Both the position numbers and the translations under genes were made by a program. From Caldisericaceae bacterium (GTDB lineage: Bacteria; Caldisericota; Caldisericia; Caldisericales; Caldisericaceae), in contig JAGHAO010000079.1 in assembly GCA_021161495.1 (NCBI GenBank), forward strand, positions 1 through 37,464: a stretch of 37,464 nt of DNA. Reading direction: 5' to 3'. Of the stretch, positions 36,018 through 37,464 are shown in pieces. The notes beneath the pieces are model-generated. The model did no database searches. It worked only from the letters and a program-made list of their open reading frames with translations, and was not told where the DNA came from. Position 1 is the stretch's first letter; each line of letters starts with the position of its first letter.

Positions 36018-36589
36018 TTCCGGATCAATTTCGGCTGCTTCTCCTTAAAATTGCCCGTTCGTCGATATTGTATTATTTGGAAAACCATAGAGAACCTGTT
36101 ATCTCAAAGGAAGAGTACCCTTATTCCCTTCTCTGGGAAAAGAGAGGAACGTTCGTAACATTAACGGAAAACGGAAATCTTCGCGGCTGCATAGGTTCCA
36201 TACTTCCGGTAAACCCATTGATTGTGGATGTATCTCAAAATGCAATAAATGCGGCTTTCAGAGATCCGCGTTTTTATCCCCTTACAAAAGAAGAATTTCC
36301 TTTAATGAACATAGAAATATCGGTTCTCACCGTTCCGCAGAAGATAGAATACGAAAATGCTGCCGATCTTCTTAAAAAAATTCGGCCTTATAAAGACGGG
36401 ATAATTATCAGGCACGGCCCTTTTCAGGCAACTTTTCTCCCGCAAGTATGGGAGGAACTTCCCGATAAAGAATCGTTTTTAAGTCATTTATGCCTGAAAG
36501 CAGGCTTATCCGGAGATTGTTATTTGAGCGGAAAAATCGAAGTTTACAGATACGAAGTGGAAGCCTTTTCGGAAAAGGATTTTAAGTAA
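36014..36589 (+). CDS. amrA: AmmeMemoRadiSam system protein A (AMMECR1 domain)
   Basis: 191 aa with an ATGA overlap with the B gene. It has the AMMECR1 signature LRGCIGSI, DPRF.PL, and the QATFLPQVWEE region. Confidence 0.85.
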   Translation: MIPDQFRLLLLKIARSSILYYLENHREPVISKEEYPYSLLWEKRGTFVTLTENGNLRGCIGSILPVNPLIVDVSQNAINAAFRDPRFYPLTKEEFPLMNIEISVLTVPQKIEYENAADLLKKIRPYKDGIIIRHGPFQATFLPQVWEELPDKESFLSHLCLKAGLSGDCYLSGKIEVYRYEVEAFSEKDFK

Positions 36590-37464
36590 TTTCCGGGTAT
36601 ATTATCACGACAGACCTTTCGTCAGGTAGCCATTCCACAGCGCTTCCTATGCTTTCCATTACAAAGCGGAGCGGCAAGTAAGTTCTTCCGTTTTCTATAA
36701 AAGGTTTTATACTTTTGTTTCTTACGTCGATTTGCTTTTCTTCCCCGTTTACAATTGCCCTGTTCTTTCCTATTGCAAGAACGATATCCCCGCCGTTAAT
36801 TTTAATTTCAACCGTCCTGCTTTCCGCATAATAATAGATCTGTCCGTTAAGCGCCTCTATTATATGCCTTACCGGCAGCATTGTCCTGTTTTCCTTTATT
36901 ATCGGTGCAGTGTCGATTTTTTTCTCGGCACCGTTTACATACAGGAACTTTTTCCCTATAAACAATTTCAATATTGTAGGGTTCGGCGGAAGGTACATTA
37001 TTTTTTTCTCTTCTTCGGACTTGTTACCGGCACCGTCCAATGCGGTAATCGTTATTATATTTTCTCCTTTTTTGAGTCGCAGAAATACAGAGCATTCTGT
37101 AAACTTACACTGTTTTCCGTCTATAAAAAGCGCAGTTCCTCCGATTACTTTCGCGCTTAATTTGAAAAACATATTCGGCGTTATTTCAGGGACATCGCCT
37201 ACTATTATCTTCGGTGGTATCGTATCAAGTGTGATTTCGGGATAGATCGTTTCGGAATTCCCGTATACATCAATCACATTTATTGTTATTTTATTATTTC
37301 CTTCCGATAACGTTAAAGGAATAGAGAATTCATACGAAGGAGTTATTGATACGGCATTCCCGTTCACCGATACCCGGGCTATTTTCGAATTGTATTTGAT
37401 TTTTCCTTCTATTGATATGTTTTTTTGATTTGTTATACGAGGGAGTTCAAGCATATCAATGGAA
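36582..37464 (-). CDS. Cell-envelope protein with Ig-like repeats and a C-terminal copper-amine-oxidase N-terminal-like domain. The 5' end probably lies beyond the right edge.
   Basis: The frame stays open from the listed Met (37454) to the window edge, and no signal peptide is visible. The C-terminus has two halves of the stalk-like domain pattern (ENRTMLPVRHIIEALNG... and NGRTYLPLRFVMESIGSAVEW). Its stop overlaps the amrA 3' end by 8 nt. Confidence 0.72.
   Translation of the reverse strand, partial: SIDMLELPRITNQKNISIEGKIKYNSKIARVSVNGNAVSITPSYEFSIPLTLSEGNNKITINVIDVYGNSETIYPEITLDTIPPKIIVGDVPEITPNMFFKLSAKVIGGTALFIDGKQCKFTECSVFLRLKKGENIITITALDGAGNKSEEEKKIMYLPPNPTILKLFIGKKFLYVNGAEKKIDTAPIIKENRTMLPVRHIIEALNGQIYYYAESRTVEIKINGGDIVLAIGKNRAIVNGEEKQIDVRNKSIKPFIENGRTYLPLRFVMESIGSAVEWLPDERSVVIIYPEIT

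Noticed and set aside
1-37464. CRISPR arrays, IS elements, integrases, prophage or defence-island signatures
   Set aside because: I found no regularly spaced direct repeats, no transposase, integrase or recombinase-like ORFs, and no tRNA attachment sites. Gene content is metabolic and housekeeping throughout.

Overview
The window is 37.5 kb, roughly 40-43% G+C in the lines I counted by hand, and densely coding with about 33 CDS. It contains no rRNA, tRNA, CRISPR array, transposase or integrase that I could recognise. All protein family calls come from motifs I recognise in the supplied translations; no database search was run.

Layout from left to right:
(1) 1-14065: a purine-catabolism supercluster. 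A BMP-type nucleoside ABC importer (binding protein plus the start of its ATPase) lies at the left edge. It follows a tightly coupled minus-strand operon, ssnA / adenine deaminase / allantoinase-like cyclic amidohydrolase / MBL-fold protein / ygeY / ygeW-type carbamoyltransferase / carbamate kinase. This operon is divergent from a three-subunit xanthine-dehydrogenase-type molybdenum hydroxylase.
(2) 14132-15907: a small membrane protein, a DUF503 protein and an orphan MalK-type ATPase.
(3) 16005-24665: a glycogen operon of two GH57 enzymes, a GalT/HIT-family nucleotidyltransferase, glgA, phosphoglucomutase and pgi, with no glgC, glgB or glgP.
(4) 24677-26415: an S41 C-terminal processing protease and gmk.
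(5) 26418-29348: an unassigned P-loop protein divergent from a 660-aa signal-peptide, C-terminally anchored protein.
(6) 29349-30063: a 715-bp gene-less AT-rich gap between two convergent genes.
(7) 30064-35136: a CIRCE-controlled grpE-dnaK-dnaJ operon with pyruvate kinase overlapping its end and no hrcA.
(8) 35220-37464: an AmmeMemoRadiSam A/B pair without the radical-SAM partner, and a truncated copper-amine-oxidase-N-domain envelope protein.

Best candidates for under-described biology:
- The variant anaerobic purine-to-carbamoyl-phosphate (ATP-yielding) cluster with its embedded MBL-fold gene.
- The GlgC-less glycogen operon in which a GalT-like enzyme sits where an NDP-glucose supplier should be.
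- The unexplained 715-bp convergent gap.
- The unassigned P-loop / surface-protein pair.

None of these is proven novel from sequence alone.
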